Source of the DNA: Octopus vulgaris
Taxonomy: Eukaryota
Assembly (NCBI GenBank): GCA_951406725.2
Contig: OX597822.1
Coordinates: forward strand, 65,968,001-66,032,000
Length of the DNA stretch: 64,000 nucleotides
Reading direction: 5' to 3'
Part shown: positions 12,675-25,534 of the stretch, one piece after another
Layout of the letters: the number at the start of each line of letters is the position of its first letter
Position numbering within the stretch: position 1 is the stretch's first letter
The notes under the pieces: model-generated
The model's input: the letters and a program-made list of their open reading frames with translations, nothing else
What the model was told of the DNA's origin: nothing
Databases searched by the model: none
Made by a program: the position numbers and the translations under genes

Positions 12675-13725
12675 AAAATGGGCTGCCCAGAAAAATTTGT
12701 AGACATGATCAGGTCTTTGTATCAAGCTATGACGGTTAGAGTTTATTTTGGTAGGTAGGCTTTCTGAATCTTTTGCCGTGGAAAATGGTGTGAAGCAAGG
12801 AGACATGATGCACCCATTTTCTTCACAATATCCTTTGCTGTTGTACCGTAACACGCTTTTCGAAACTCCGAACAACAGGGAATGTTATTAATCTGACTAG
12901 AGTGAAGTAAAAACTTTTGTTTTTACTTCACTCATAAGGGAACACTTACACGCTGATGATTGTGATATAGTCAGTCACTATGAGACAGGCCTGCAATCTC
13001 TTGTATCTGCATTTGACACAGTTTGTAAAAAAAAATGTTGCAATGTTGCATTGTTTGCAAATCCCCTAAAATTTTACTTAAGGGTAAGTCACATGAGGTT
13101 GTTGAATCTTTCATTTACCTTGGAAGCTCTGTATAAAGTTATGGAAATCTGGACAAAGAATTACATCTGAAAATTCAAAGAGCAGCACAAGCATTTGGTG
13201 ATTTGGAGTCACGCGTTTGGCGCCAACGTCATATAAATAACAACACAAAATTGGTTCCTTACAAATCGCTTGTCTTACCACCCCTGTTGTATTCTTCTGG
13301 AACATGGACGTTTTATAGAAGAAATTTCAAATTGTTATAATGATTTCACCAAAAATGCCTTCGCAGCACTTTAAACATTAAATGGGGCTTTTTTAATCCA
13401 GACTGCAGGCATCACTTCGATTAAATCAATGATTCTGAAAAACCAAATGAGTTGGCATAGCCATATTGTTCGAATGGTGGATGAACGCAGACTCAAATAG
13501 CTGTTTTATGGTAAGCAGTGGGGATTCGCAATCGGTGTAAACTTGAAACGAGGTTTAAGGACGGCATGAGGATTATCATGAAGTCACATGGAATGGATCC
13601 AAAGGCCACAGAAATCCTTGCTTCGGATCGATCTGGATGGCGAAGAAAAGATTGAAGTGTAGTGAAAGCGTTTGAGGAGGCAAGGATAACACATGCAAGA
13701 CACAAGAGAGATTTAAAGAATAATG
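12675..13725 (+). mobile_element. Decayed RTE-clade LINE, RT domain to C-terminus
   Basis: GCPEKFVDMIRSL, SESFAVENGVKQG, LHADDC, EVVESFIYLGS, YKSLVLPPLLYSSGTWTFYR, FHQKCLR..LNIKW, W..HIVRMVDERR.K.LFYG; many stops and frameshifts. Confidence 0.85.
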
Positions 13726-13740
13726 TTGTGATCAAAATGG

Positions 13741-13942
13741 TCATTTGACTGTGGCCATGCTGGAGCAACGCCTTTAGTCGAACAAATCGACCCCAGGACG
13801 TATTTTTGTAAGCCTAGTACTTATTCTATCGGTCAATTTTTGCCGAACCGCTAAGTTACGGGGACGGAAACACGCCAGCATCGGTTGTTCAGCGATGTTG
13901 GTGGGGACAAACCCAGACACAACCATATACACACACATATAT

Positions 13943-14035
<93 letters not shown>

Positions 14036-14213
14036 CATACATATATACGACAGGCTTCTTTCAGTTTCCGTCTACCAAATCCACTCACAAGGCTTCAGTC
14101 GGTCCGAGGCTATAGTAGAGGACACTTGCCCAAGGTGTCACAGTGAGTGGGACTGAACCGGTAACCATGTGGTTGGTAAGCAAGCTACTTACCAAACAGC
14201 CACTCCTGCGCCT
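13741..14213 (-). mobile_element. SINE family B, near full length, with expanded internal microsatellite
   Basis: Minus-strand head AGGCGCAGGAGTGGCTG..GGTAAG..GGTTCAGTCCCAC, then CACCTTGGGCAAGTG, internal (TA)n(TG)n and the conserved 3' half. Confidence 0.88.
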
Positions 14214-14521
14214 ACATTAGCTAACATTAAAAACTTTTGGACTAAACATGGTCAACATCAACACCGACGTCATTATCAAATCAATAACCATCCTTACCCC
14301 AAATTCCCATCTTACATTCTCCTCCTTCGTCTCAACATCCCCTTCCTCTCCCTCCAATATCTTCATATTTTGGCTTTCCTTCATCCTGTTATGACTCTTA
14401 TGATCAAAACTATGGGTATGAATGTGATCAGAGCCAAGAATTCTACGATCGCTGTAATGATAATATCGCATTGATACTGGTGGTGGTGGTGATGGTGATG
14501 ACGATGATGATGATGATGATG

Positions 14522-14556
<35 letters not shown>

Positions 14557-16057
14557 GATGGTGATGATGAATTTGTCAATGATGTAGATGACTATGACGG
14601 TGTTGGGTATGTCTATAATTATGATAATTACGACGAATACCGCTGTCAACAACACTTCCCACGTTATCATTATCATTAACTTTGATTCTTTATGTAATTT
14701 CTGCTTCCAAACAAAAACGGAGTCAAAAATTAAAATAAAATATCACGAAGAAAGAAAGAAACAGACTCTGAAATATAACAAACGAGAGAAAGATTTTTTT
14801 TAAAAAATAAATAAATAATGAAAACAAACATGAAAAAGTAAAAGAAATCTTCGCTTTCTTCTACGGAAATCAAGAATTCAGGAAGCGATTAACTCTGTGT
14901 CCACAACTACAAAACGGTTTTAATTTTCTTTTAAACTGACGTTCTTTCATACAAAAACGAGTGCAAACTCTCTCCGGAAACAGAATACGTTAAATATTCA
15001 GGTTTTTGGTACTGCGACGCTTTGGCTTTAGGAAGGATGAAACAGAGATAAAGGGGCAAAAAGATCTGAGAAAAAAATCACGATGGGAAAAAAAGTGACA
15101 GAAAATTTCTGGTATTATATGCTTTCTTTAATTTTTCTTGTGCCAACACTTAAACGAAATAAAAATACTGTAAGATGTTCAAAGCATATTGCAATTTATT
15201 ACAAAACCAAGACGTGAAATCGCAGAACAAATATAGTTTAAAACGTGTGCTATTCCTTTAATATGCTGAATTTCGTCATCCTACATTTAATCGGGAGAAT
15301 GAAAAGTATTTGCAATTCATTTTCATATATTAAGTGTAAGAAGTTGCTGTAGAGTGACTGAATCGCTAGTGTGGGGGTGAAAATATTTTAAAATAGTTCT
15401 TTTATGACCATATACATTCTAAGTTCAAATTTTGCTGAAGGACTCAATAGCTAAACTGTAATCCCGTTCTGGACTTGCAATTACAGATAATCGATTGTAC
15501 TCTTTTTTAAACATTGAGGCTTTGACGGTATAGAAGTTATCAATATTGAGCACAACATGGTCGATACATTTTGTAGAAATAGAAGAGGACCTAAATAATA
15601 CATTGTAGCAACACGTTATTAGTTGACAATTACCTTCTGACTTCATTTCCTAATTCTGACTTTGTCTTTCATACTTCCGGTGTCATAGATTAAGTTCTGG
15701 GTGAATACAGACGGTCAGTTTAATTGCACGCATCTCTCACGACATTTTCGTCGATTACTACTATAAATATAACTATTTAAAAGGCAGATCATGAACTTAA
15801 CATGTTTTGTATTGCCCATCGAATTCAGCCAGCTTCTCAAAAGTAGAAGATATGAAACTCCGCTGTCATTTTTTATTATTTCTCTTCTATTAACTTTATT
15901 CTGAAAATTATTCTGGAGGATCACAAGAAATAAAATCCAAAGTAATAACGCAAACCAATTAAGAAACCTTCTGTATGAATATAGAAGGAAGAATGTGCTG
16001 CATAATTAAACATAATTGAATTAAAGAATTCAAAATAGATTGTAATTTTTTTTTATA

Positions 16058-16441
16058 GGTATAAGGCCCGAAGTTTTGTGGGAGGGATCCAGTCGATTAG
16101 ATCGACCACAGTATGCAACTGGTACTTAATTTATCGACCCCGAAAGGCTAAAAGACAAAGTCGACCTCGGCGGAATTCGAATTCAGAACGTACAGACAGA
16201 TAAAATACCTATTTCTTTACTACCCACAAGGGGCTAAACACAGAGGGGACACGCAAGGATAGACAAACGGATTAAGTCGATTATATCGACCCTAGTGCGT
16301 AACTGGTACTTATTTAATCGACCCCGAAAGGATGAAAGGCAAAGTCGATCTCGGCGGAATTTGAACTCAGAACGTAACGGCAGATGAAATACCGCTAAAC
16401 ATTTCGCCCGGTATGCTAACGTTTCTGCCAGTTCGCGGCCT
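16058..16441 (-). mobile_element. Dimeric SINE family A (head + core + linker + second core + tail)
   Basis: Two tandem copies of the core gttctgagttcaaattccgccgaggtcgactttg..tttcggggtcgat..aagtaccagtt, joined by the gtttagccccttgtgggtagtaaagaaatagg linker. Confidence 0.88.
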
Positions 16442-16684
16442 TAAAATAGTTTGTCAAGTGATTAAATGCACACCTCGTCGAAGTTTCAAATAATTTGGAC
16501 AATTGGGAATATTTGAACATAACCGAACCTCAAAGATCTAATTAGTCCGTCAGTTAAACACAGACGACATGTACGCTGCCCAGTAGGCTATGCCTTTCCA
16601 GGTGCAGCACTGCAAATCTAAAGAATTATTCTCGTATTATCACTTTGATTCCATTTACTAAGTGGATGATCATTTCGATTTCTA

Positions 16685-16741
<57 letters not shown>

Positions 16742-16755
16742 GATAATAATAATAA

Positions 16756-17299
16756 TGTTAACATTATGGAATAACAACAGAAAAAAGATGGTATAGGCAC
16801 ACACCAGAAAAGGTCACAGAAAACGAGAAAGCAACCATACTCTGGGATATGCCGATACACACAGATAGAGAAATTAAGGCCAACAGACCAGATATAGTTG
16901 TCAGAGATCATGAAGAAAAAAATGCTTTCTAATCGATGTATCAATACCAGCAGATGACAACGTGTCTCTAAAAGAAATGGAGAAACTTTCAAAATACAAA
17001 GACCTGGAAATAGAGGTAACCAGAATGTGGAATCTAAAAACAGAAACAATTCCTATCATAGTAGGTGCATTAGGCATGATAAAAAAATATTCAGACAAAT
17101 ACATAACAAAAACACGAGGACTTACAAACACATATAACATACAGAAAATTGCACTACTAGGCACTGCACACATCCTACGCAGAACACTCTCCATACAATA
17201 ACCATCAAAGCATCACAACAAATCACAGCAGGTACCTAAGGCACACAGCGCTGCACTCGGTAGTGAAGTGAAAGCACGCTATAAAAATAAAACTACTGA

Positions 17300-17300
<1 letters not shown>
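16756..17300 (+). mobile_element. 5'-truncated R4/Dong-like RLE retrotransposon (endonuclease C-terminus + 3' UTR)
   Basis: HYGITTEKRWYRHTPEKVTENEKATILWDMPIHTDREIKANRPDIVV..CFLIDVSIP..KLSKYKDLEIEVTRMWNLKT..IIVGALG..IALLGTAHILRRTL, clearly homologous to the C-terminus of the 58.7-kb ORF. (AAT)n on both sides. One 1-nt deletion in an A run at 16916-16922. Confidence 0.9.
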
Positions 17301-17384
<84 letters not shown>

Positions 17385-17389
17385 TAATG

Positions 17390-17950
17390 GCGATACGACC
17401 ATGGTACCGAAAGTGCTACATTGGAAACTGTGCGAAAAGTAAGGGCTACAGAGAGGCAAGGCGTGATATGAGCGCAAACTGTAGAGTGGCGGAGACAGAG
17501 ACTAGCAAAATCCTTTGGGATTTCCCAATCCAGACAGATCAGGTGCTAGAGCATAACAGACCGGAATTATTGGTGGTGGACAAGGTGCACCACATATGCT
17601 ATATAGTTGATGTTGCATGCCACTTTGACCCACAAATAGTCAAATAGGAAGGCGAAAAGATAGATAGATACAACCCTCTTAAGTACGAAATAACCCGGCT
17701 ATGTAAAATGAGGAAGGTGAAGATAGTGCCAATTATTGTTAAGTCCTTGGGAACAGTATCAGAAGGCATCGAGAGGTATATAAAGGAAATTGGAATAGAG
17801 TGCCCAGTAGAACTGTTACAAAAGGTTTACGTCCTTGGTACGGCCAGAATAACCAGGTGAGTATTAGAGCTAAAACGAACGGATAATATAGTACGGTAGG
17901 CTGCAGGTTACAAGCTCGCTACGCATGCAACAAAACCTATGATAAGGAGA
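17390..17950 (+). mobile_element. 5'-truncated RLE retrotransposon fragment of a second, diverged family
   Basis: ETETSKILWDFPIQTDQVLEHNRPELLVVDK..YIVDVACHFD..*EGEKIDRYNPLKYEI..IVPIIV.SLGTV..LQKV..LGTARI; flanked by (AAT)n on both sides. Confidence 0.82.
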
Positions 17951-18329
17951 AAATAATAATAATAATAATAATAATAATGTTAATAATAATAATTAAAATA
18001 ACAATAAACAATGTCGTCTATGTAATTGGAATAATTGAGTAATGAGATTATAGTTATTAATAATTTCGATATACCACACTTGTAATATAATCCAATATAT
18101 TTAGGAAAAATATAAAGGAAATGACAGGCAATTAATGATTATAATAATTCTTTAAAGTGTACTAATTACAATTATAATGATAGTAATAATAACAGAAATA
18201 ATATTTTTAATAAGACAACGAAAGATCGATTAAGGACAGGAGATATCCATGGAGAAAAAATATGAGTAACTTGACAGAAATAGAAGTAGAGAATAAGGAA
18301 ACGAACTATATTTGTTGATGTTGTTTTTG

Positions 18330-18464
18330 ATATTATTATTATTGTTATTATTATTATTATTATTTTTACTATTATTATTATTATTATTGTTGTTGTTGTT
18401 GTTATTATTATTATAATTATTATTATTATTATTATTATTGTTATCATCATCATCATCATCATCA

Positions 18465-18520
<56 letters not shown>

Positions 18521-18523
18521 GTT

Positions 18524-18558
<35 letters not shown>

Positions 18559-18575
18559 TATTATTATTATTATTT
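18330..18575. repeat. Compound (ATT)n/(CAT)n/(GTT)n microsatellite
   Basis: Read directly; other (AAT/ATT)n tracts at 16685-16756, 17304-17385, 20385-20500, 20660-20760, 58438-58504, 62662-62758 and 63921-64000. Confidence 0.95.
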
Positions 18576-19547
18576 GTGGTAGTATTACAGTGGTAGTAGT
18601 TGATGTAGCAGCATTACTTGTAGTAGCAGTAAATCCAGTGGCAATAGTATTATTAGTAGTTGTAGTAGTCTTTTACTCGTGTTCTTCCTATTGCGTTTCG
18701 AGTCATGATTGTAGTAAGAGACAACGACATGGAATTGTAATTATGGAAAATAGCTTGTTTCCTGTGACTTATGGGAAGCGTCGAGAAAACGTTTGAGAGC
18801 ATAGCAAAACGCACATTCGTGTGCATCCTTACTTTTTTTCGTAAATTGTGCAGAGTCACAACTGACGCACCCAACCCCTGCAAATAACACAGCGACACAA
18901 CATTGAACGTGTCCCTTTCATGTTTTGCTCCCATTTACTTCCTTTATTTGCGGGTGTCTGCGCTGATGTGGATGCGCGTGTTTGTGAGGGTGAGTGTTGT
19001 TTGGGAGTTTGCATTAAACTTCATACCAACGCGTTGTCACGCAAACTTATTCAGCTGCTCCTTGTTTCCTTGCAAATATCCCGGCGACTGATTTTACATA
19101 TTTCCGGTTTGTCAATAACTAAATTCAAATCGGCAAGCCTAGTAATCAAATTATAAATTGAATTATTACTCTGACGCCATTTTCCACCCAAATTAAATTT
19201 AATGGCGGTCATCTTCTTAGCTTGATGATTTATTTTTCTATTCAGACGACTTTACTGTTTGTATGTAGTTCTCGGTTTTTGTTACATGATTATTATTTTT
19301 ATTATTGCTGCAGTCATTTATATTTATTATTGTTATATTTATTTCACATTGTTTCTAATTTTCAGGCGTTTATCCAAATCCATTCTACGACCATCTTCAT
19401 TTTTTTCTTTACTTTCATTAAGATGCAAGCGTATGCATATATGTAACGTTTCACCATTGAATGTTTGTGAATGTTTACGTATCAGAGGATGTGTTAGACT
19501 TTGAATGCGAATGTACATAAGTGTTTGAATGCCTAAGTGATACTGTG

Positions 19548-19817
19548 AGAGGAGGCACATGGCCTAGTGGTTAGAGCGGTCGAGGGATCGCGTGTTCGAA
19601 TTTCAGACCGGGCGATGTGTGTGTGTTTATGAGCGAAACATCTAAGCTCCAACCGGCTTCGGCAGAAGGTAATGGCGAACTTCTGCTGAATCTTTCGCCA
19701 CACCTTTCTCTCACTCTTTCTTCTGCATCTTGCAGCTCGCCTGCGACGGACCGTCGTCCCGTCTAGAAGGGGAACCGGCCCTAATGAGCCAGGCATGGCT
19801 CGAGAATGAACATACAA
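19548..19817 (+). mobile_element. tRNA-derived SINE family C with perfect 14-bp TSD
   Basis: GGAGGCACATGGCCTAGTGGTTAGAGC, GTTCGAATTTC; TSD taagtgatactgtg at 19534-19547 and 19818-19831. Confidence 0.92.
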
Positions 19818-19954
19818 TAAGTGATACTGTGTTGAATGAGCGTATGAGACTATGATACAGTACTGTGTTTCTTTAAGCGTGCTATACGGTTTTATGTGTG
19901 ACTGTGTGGCTTAGATCTTAATGTTGAATATCTGAGTGTATATATGAATTTATT

Positions 19955-20073
19955 GGCCTGCTCGTTTAGCCAGCGGGGTGGCGTCATTCGAAGGCTAAAA
20001 CAATGCGAACGCATTGTGACCAGCGATGTGTAACTACATCTGATGGACTGGTCGGTCACGTGATCACGTGATA
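19955..20073 (+). mobile_element. Isolated 3' tail of the SINE variant seen at 38496-38792
   Basis: ggcctgctcgtttagccagcggggtggc..gaaggctaaaacaatgcgaa.cgcattg.gaccagcgatgtgta..ggtcggtcacgtgatcacgtga matches 38672-38792. Confidence 0.8.
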
Positions 20074-20424
20074 TATGAGTTTATAGGTCTGATTCTGGTT
20101 CAATGCCATTTTGCTTCCACACTGTGTGAAAGTCTATGTTTCCATATATCGGCGTGTACACACACACACACACGCGCACACACACACGAACATGCACACT
20201 CATAATTATTTGTATATGTAGTTGGCTACACGTAAATGGTATTTCATGTGTATGATGTAGTGTTGTATTCAAGTAGACAAGCTGGATACGACCAAAGTTC
20301 ATATCTTGCGTGTATGTCATAGGGTCATAAAACAAAAATTTAAAGTGTAATATCATGTGATCTAAACCAACGTTGTTTCCACCATAATAATGATAATAAT
20401 AATAATTAAAAGAGTGATAATAAC

Positions 20425-20495
<71 letters not shown>

Positions 20496-20655
20496 TGATA
20501 ATAGAAAACAGAGACTAACGCATACACATATTTTTTTATTTTCCTCTTTTAATTTAAAATCCAATTAAGTTAAAGAATCACGTTTTAATTGGCATTTTCA
20601 TACTGTAATTAATGAACTACTGCCCCGAAGACCATAGTCAGCATTACTAGCACTA

Positions 20656-20740
<85 letters not shown>

Positions 20741-21198
20741 GATGATGATGATGATGATCATTATTAGCATTACTATTATAAACTTCCTTAAACCAACAAC
20801 TTCAAATAACAATACTCACTAGTTTATTTAAATACTTTCATATACTTATGCTTATGTGTATATGTTTGCATGTAGTTCATTTTATACCTAAAATAAAATT
20901 GGATTTTACGTGACAGACGAAGCAAGTATTGCAGGTCAGTGAGATGAAAATGTCGATACTTATAAATAGATTTCCTATTAAGGAGAATTTATCTTTATGA
21001 ATTTCATATCATGCCAACTTATAAGCTGAAATATTTTTTATCGTGTTGCATGAGTTGAAATCTCAAAAGTCCATACAGCATATACATACATACATACATA
21101 CATACATACATACATACATACATACATACATACATACATACATGCATGCATGCATACATACATACATGCATACATACATACATACATACATACATACA

Positions 21199-21231
<33 letters not shown>

Positions 21232-22291
21232 CAAATAAGCTGTATAATGTATGAATATCTACAAATCATTTATATGTATTTCCTAGTCTACATAGCCGAA
21301 GAGACCCCCAGATCAATATATGGCTGTCAGTTTCTCGGCTTTGTAAATCAAAATTTTACAACAAATTTGTGATTCGCATTACCTCCACCGCTGATCCTGC
21401 TTTTCATGCACGTATATATACATACATATCCGCGCATACAAACGTATTCCCCCTTATATATGTGTATTCCTGTTCATTCTGGAAGATACCTCATTGCTTC
21501 GAAATTTAAAACGCATAAATGAAATGTTATGGAAATTTAAAGGTTCTCAGAGCTATAACTAATACATATAAGATAGAAATGATGTGAATCAAACTGTATT
21601 CCATAGAAAAGACAAACGTAGGCAAATTATTCTTCTGGAAATAAGTGACATTTCTACGAAATGATATCACTTGTTGAGATAATATCCCAAGTGCTACAGG
21701 TATCATAAACAAGAAATAATAGAGGTTATCTGTAGCCTTGTTTGCCTCCACAACAATCTTTATCAACACAACTGTAACTGCAATGGTTTCTTTTTCCACC
21801 ACTTCTTTCATGTTTCATCATCGACAAAACAATTAACTGAATATATCCAACTTTCACTGACATGAGACCCGAGATTCCTATGAGGACGAAACCATTAAAT
21901 ATATAATTACTTTCACGGTATCTCCAAGTGAATTCATCATCATTATCATTAAACTTATCTATCGACTTAAGTCAGTGCTGCATAGCATATCACACAGCCC
22001 AAGTGACAGTAAAACTGAATAAAGAAAAGCAATTTCATGAGAGAGTTTTATTCTATTTCCACGAAATGTGCTAGAAAGAGAAGCCGAATCACTCTCAAAA
22101 CATACCCTTAACACTTCAGGTTTGTACACGTTTGATAATATAGCCCGAATCACATTGTCTGGAAAAAAAAACATTGCAGTATTAGTTGTAATGTGTTTGA
22201 TTACAAGTCTGTTTGATCAGAGCCGACTAGGAATTAAAGAGGAACGATGGCAATAATTATCTTAATAATAATAAAATAAGGAATGGAATAG

Positions 22292-22569
22292 AACTCTTTA
22301 CTCGTTTTACTCTTTTACTTGTTTCAGTCATTTGACTGTGGCCATGCCGGAGCACCGCTATTAGTCGAGCAAATCGACCCCAGGACTTATTCTTTGGAAG
22401 CATAGTACTTATTCTATCGGTCTCTTTTGCCGAACCGCTAATGTTACGGGGACGTAAACACACCAGTATCGGTTGTCAAGCGATGTTGGGGTGACAAACA
22501 CAGACACACAAACATATACACATGCACACAAACATATACACATACACACAAACATATACACATACACAC

Positions 22570-22638
<69 letters not shown>

Positions 22639-22793
22639 GACAGGCTTCTTACAGTTTCCCTCTATCAAATCCACTCACAAGGCTTTGGTCGACTCGAGGC
22701 TATAATAGAAGACACTTGCCCAAGGTGTCATGCAGTCGGAATGAACCCAGAACCATGTGGTTGGTAAGCATGCTACTTGCCACACAGCCACTT
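22292..22793 (-). mobile_element. SINE family B with internal microsatellite
   Basis: Same head, core and 3' half as 13741-14213. Confidence 0.88.
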
Positions 22794-23576
22794 CATGTTA
22801 TAGTTATTCAAAACGGCTTGCAATTGAAATTCTCTCATATTGAATTCTACTAGAAGTTGCGGTGAGTTTGAAAGAAACACATTTAAGAAAAATTATGTTC
22901 GTATTTGCTATAAAATATATCTTGTCGGATAGCTTCAGGTGTGTTGTATTAATAACCAGTCACCAACTTGAAGTAGTATAATCGACATAAATATGAGCTC
23001 ATAGTACAGCTCTTTAGCAGTGTTCCTTAAAATCTAAGTAACTGCATCCGCAAATAGATGCATTCTTTGCTCCAGTCTTCCAGCTTGTTCAGAACCACAC
23101 TTCACATGTTCAGTAGCATCAGTTCAGCGTTGGAGATGCAGTATTGTTGCTTGAAAATATCATTTTGTTTTGTATTCTTTCGCCTGTTTCAAGCAAAAGT
23201 ACTGTTCAGCACAGAACTTAATCATATAAAAATAAATAGAAAATGCGACATATTGAAGAGTATTTCAATATTATAAATTGTTGGGGGGTTAGAATAAAAC
23301 TGACAAGTATTACTTGGTGTTACAGTTCTCATCACCTCTACTCTAAGTCGTTGAGATCAGAGGTTGAGTAGTTTCCTCGCGCATGAATGTATGTTGTATC
23401 AACATGGACAGCAAGATCAACGAGAAGAGTAACTGGTTAAAATGGCCTCTCAATGCCTCTCACGGCACCATAACTACAATAGTAAAATTGTAACAACAAC
23501 AACAACAATATCAACAAACCACATGAGCAATATGAAACAGACCAAATGTACCAAACGAAATAATATCAATAATAAA

Positions 23577-23577
<1 letters not shown>

Positions 23578-23617
<40 letters not shown>

Positions 23618-23816
23618 CGGCAACAACAAGAGCAGAAGCAGCAGCAGCAGCAGCAGTAAGAGCAGGAGGAGTTCTGGAATCGCCCTGACTTTACAGAAAT
23701 AGAAGAAATGTTGACCTGACAGGACATGACAAAATCAATTAATTGGTGATCATTATCACCATCATGGTCGTCAACATTATTATCGTTACTGTCGTCGTCA
23801 TCATCATCATCATCAT

Positions 23817-23891
<75 letters not shown>

Positions 23892-24200
23892 CATCTTCTC
23901 CACCATCATCATCATCATCTTCATCTCCACCACCAACATCATCATCATCATCATCATAATCATCATCATCATCGTCATCATCATCATCGCGGCTGTCGTC
24001 GTTGTCATCTTCCGCGTCGTCTTCGTCGTCGTCGTCATCACCTCATTATCCTCATCACCACCATCATCATCATCATGATCATCATCATCGCCGCTGTCGT
24101 CGTGGTCATCTTTCCCTTCGTCGTCGTTGTCATCATCAATATCATCATCATCATCACCATCATCTTTGTCGTTGTTATCGCCGTCGTCGTCATCATCGTA
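23578..24200. repeat. Low-complexity trinucleotide region: (CAG)n, then (CAT)n/(CGT)n
   Basis: Read directly; it generates the spurious poly-S/I/D/M/H ORFs. Confidence 0.9.
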
Positions 24201-24597
24201 CTCCTTTTGAACAACATTATTATGAAAACAATGCCGCGTATCATTGTAATGGAATCGATACAATTCATCTAATGTAACTCTTTAGAATTAGCTTGAGTAA
24301 ACCCGGGATCAATCACAACAACAATACACATCCCCCCCACGCGGCCACCAGATAGTACATATATCACCAACGATTGTTTCCCCCGCTACTACCATCATCA
24401 CCACCACAACAACAGCGGCAACAATAACATCAACCACCTCGACTGGGACAAACGTTACTATGGATGTAGTTACAACATCCATTAACTCCATCACCAACAA
24501 CACGATTTCTACCATTACATATACACCATTAGTCGCACTACTATATGCACAATGATATCTGTAAGAACAATAGCTACAGCATCGTAAACAACTGTAA

Positions 24598-24810
24598 GGC
24601 GGTGAGCTTTCAGATTCGTTAGTACACCGGCCAAAATGCTTAGCGATATTTGACCGGTCTTTACGTTCTCAGTTCAAATGAGGCTTGATCACATTTGGCA
24701 TTCATCCTTTCGGGGTCGATAAAATAAAGACCATCTGAGCACTGTGGTCGATATAATCGAATAACGCCTCATCCCCCCGGCTTGCTGGCGTTGTACCAAA
24801 ATTTGAAACG
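24598..24810 (+). mobile_element. SINE family A (monomer)
   Basis: ggcggtgagct..cgttagtacaccggccaaaatgcttagcg..gttcaaat..ttcatcctttcggggtcgataaaataa..gtaccaaaatttgaaac. Confidence 0.8.
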
Positions 24811-24923
24811 ATTTCCAAATCAACACCACGTAAGTTATTTCATTCCCCTTAAAATTAACTGTCATGTAATTTCGGTGGAGGGCGTAAGTTTATCACATGG
24901 ACATCAGTGGTTAACTATATTTA

Positions 24924-25162
24924 CCGTAATTCCTCGACTATCGCGGGTGTCACGTCCCAAAATACACCGCGATAGGGGAATATCGCGAAGCAGAAACAGT
25001 ACTGTACTGTATAATATTTAAAAAAAATATTTTTATAATTTGTATATATTTATTTTATTAGAAATGCAAAATGACACCACGGAGGAATCAACGTAAGCTT
25101 AAATAATAAACCACGATAGGTGAACTGTGATAAGTGAACCGCGATATGGCGAGAGATTACTG
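24924..25162. mobile_element. Tigger/pogo-like MITE (Tc1/mariner superfamily), 239 bp
   Basis: Imperfect ~24-bp TIRs (ccgtaattcctcgactatcgcgg versus reverse complement cagtaatctctcgccatatcgcgg). TA dinucleotides at 24922-24923 and 25163-25164. Internal repeats of ccgcgatag. Confidence 0.75.
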
Positions 25163-25165
25163 TAT

Positions 25166-25297
25166 TTTATGGAACCCGAAAGGATGAATGGCAAAGTTAA
25201 CCTCGGCGAAATTTGATCTCAGAACGTGAAGTAAAATAGCTGAAATGCCACTAAGAATTCTGTCCAGTGTGTTAACGATTCCGCCATCTTGGCGCCT
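25166..25297 (-). mobile_element. SINE family A, partial, abutting the MITE
   Basis: cccgaaaggatgaatggcaaagttaacctcggcgaaatttgatctcagaacg..aacgattccgccatcttggcgcc. Confidence 0.75.
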
Positions 25298-25534
25298 TGG
25301 TACGTCATGTAATTTTACCCAGAATATTACTCGTATGTCACACAGGGTATCATTTTCGGGAAAACGACAGAGTAGATATAGTCAGAAAGGACATCTGAAA
25401 AAGAATCACACTATAAACGCATTTATTCCTCTGAGTGGTAAACGTAATCGTGATAGTTCCTCGCGGCCCTTCTTGGGCACGAACTTGAAGAATTTAGATC
25501 CTAAATTTCATTCAAGTCTAGTTCTTATTTTATC

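Noticed and set aside
21857-21895. Hammerhead-like string ctgacatgagacc...tgaggacgaaac
   Set aside because: The core has a 2-nt insertion, stem II is mismatched, and no stems I or III could be formed; likely chance.
23739-24277. Asp/Met/His-rich ORFs resembling acidic or metal-binding proteins
   Set aside because: They are open on both strands only because of CAT/CGT trinucleotide repeats; no splice context or unique coding sequence.
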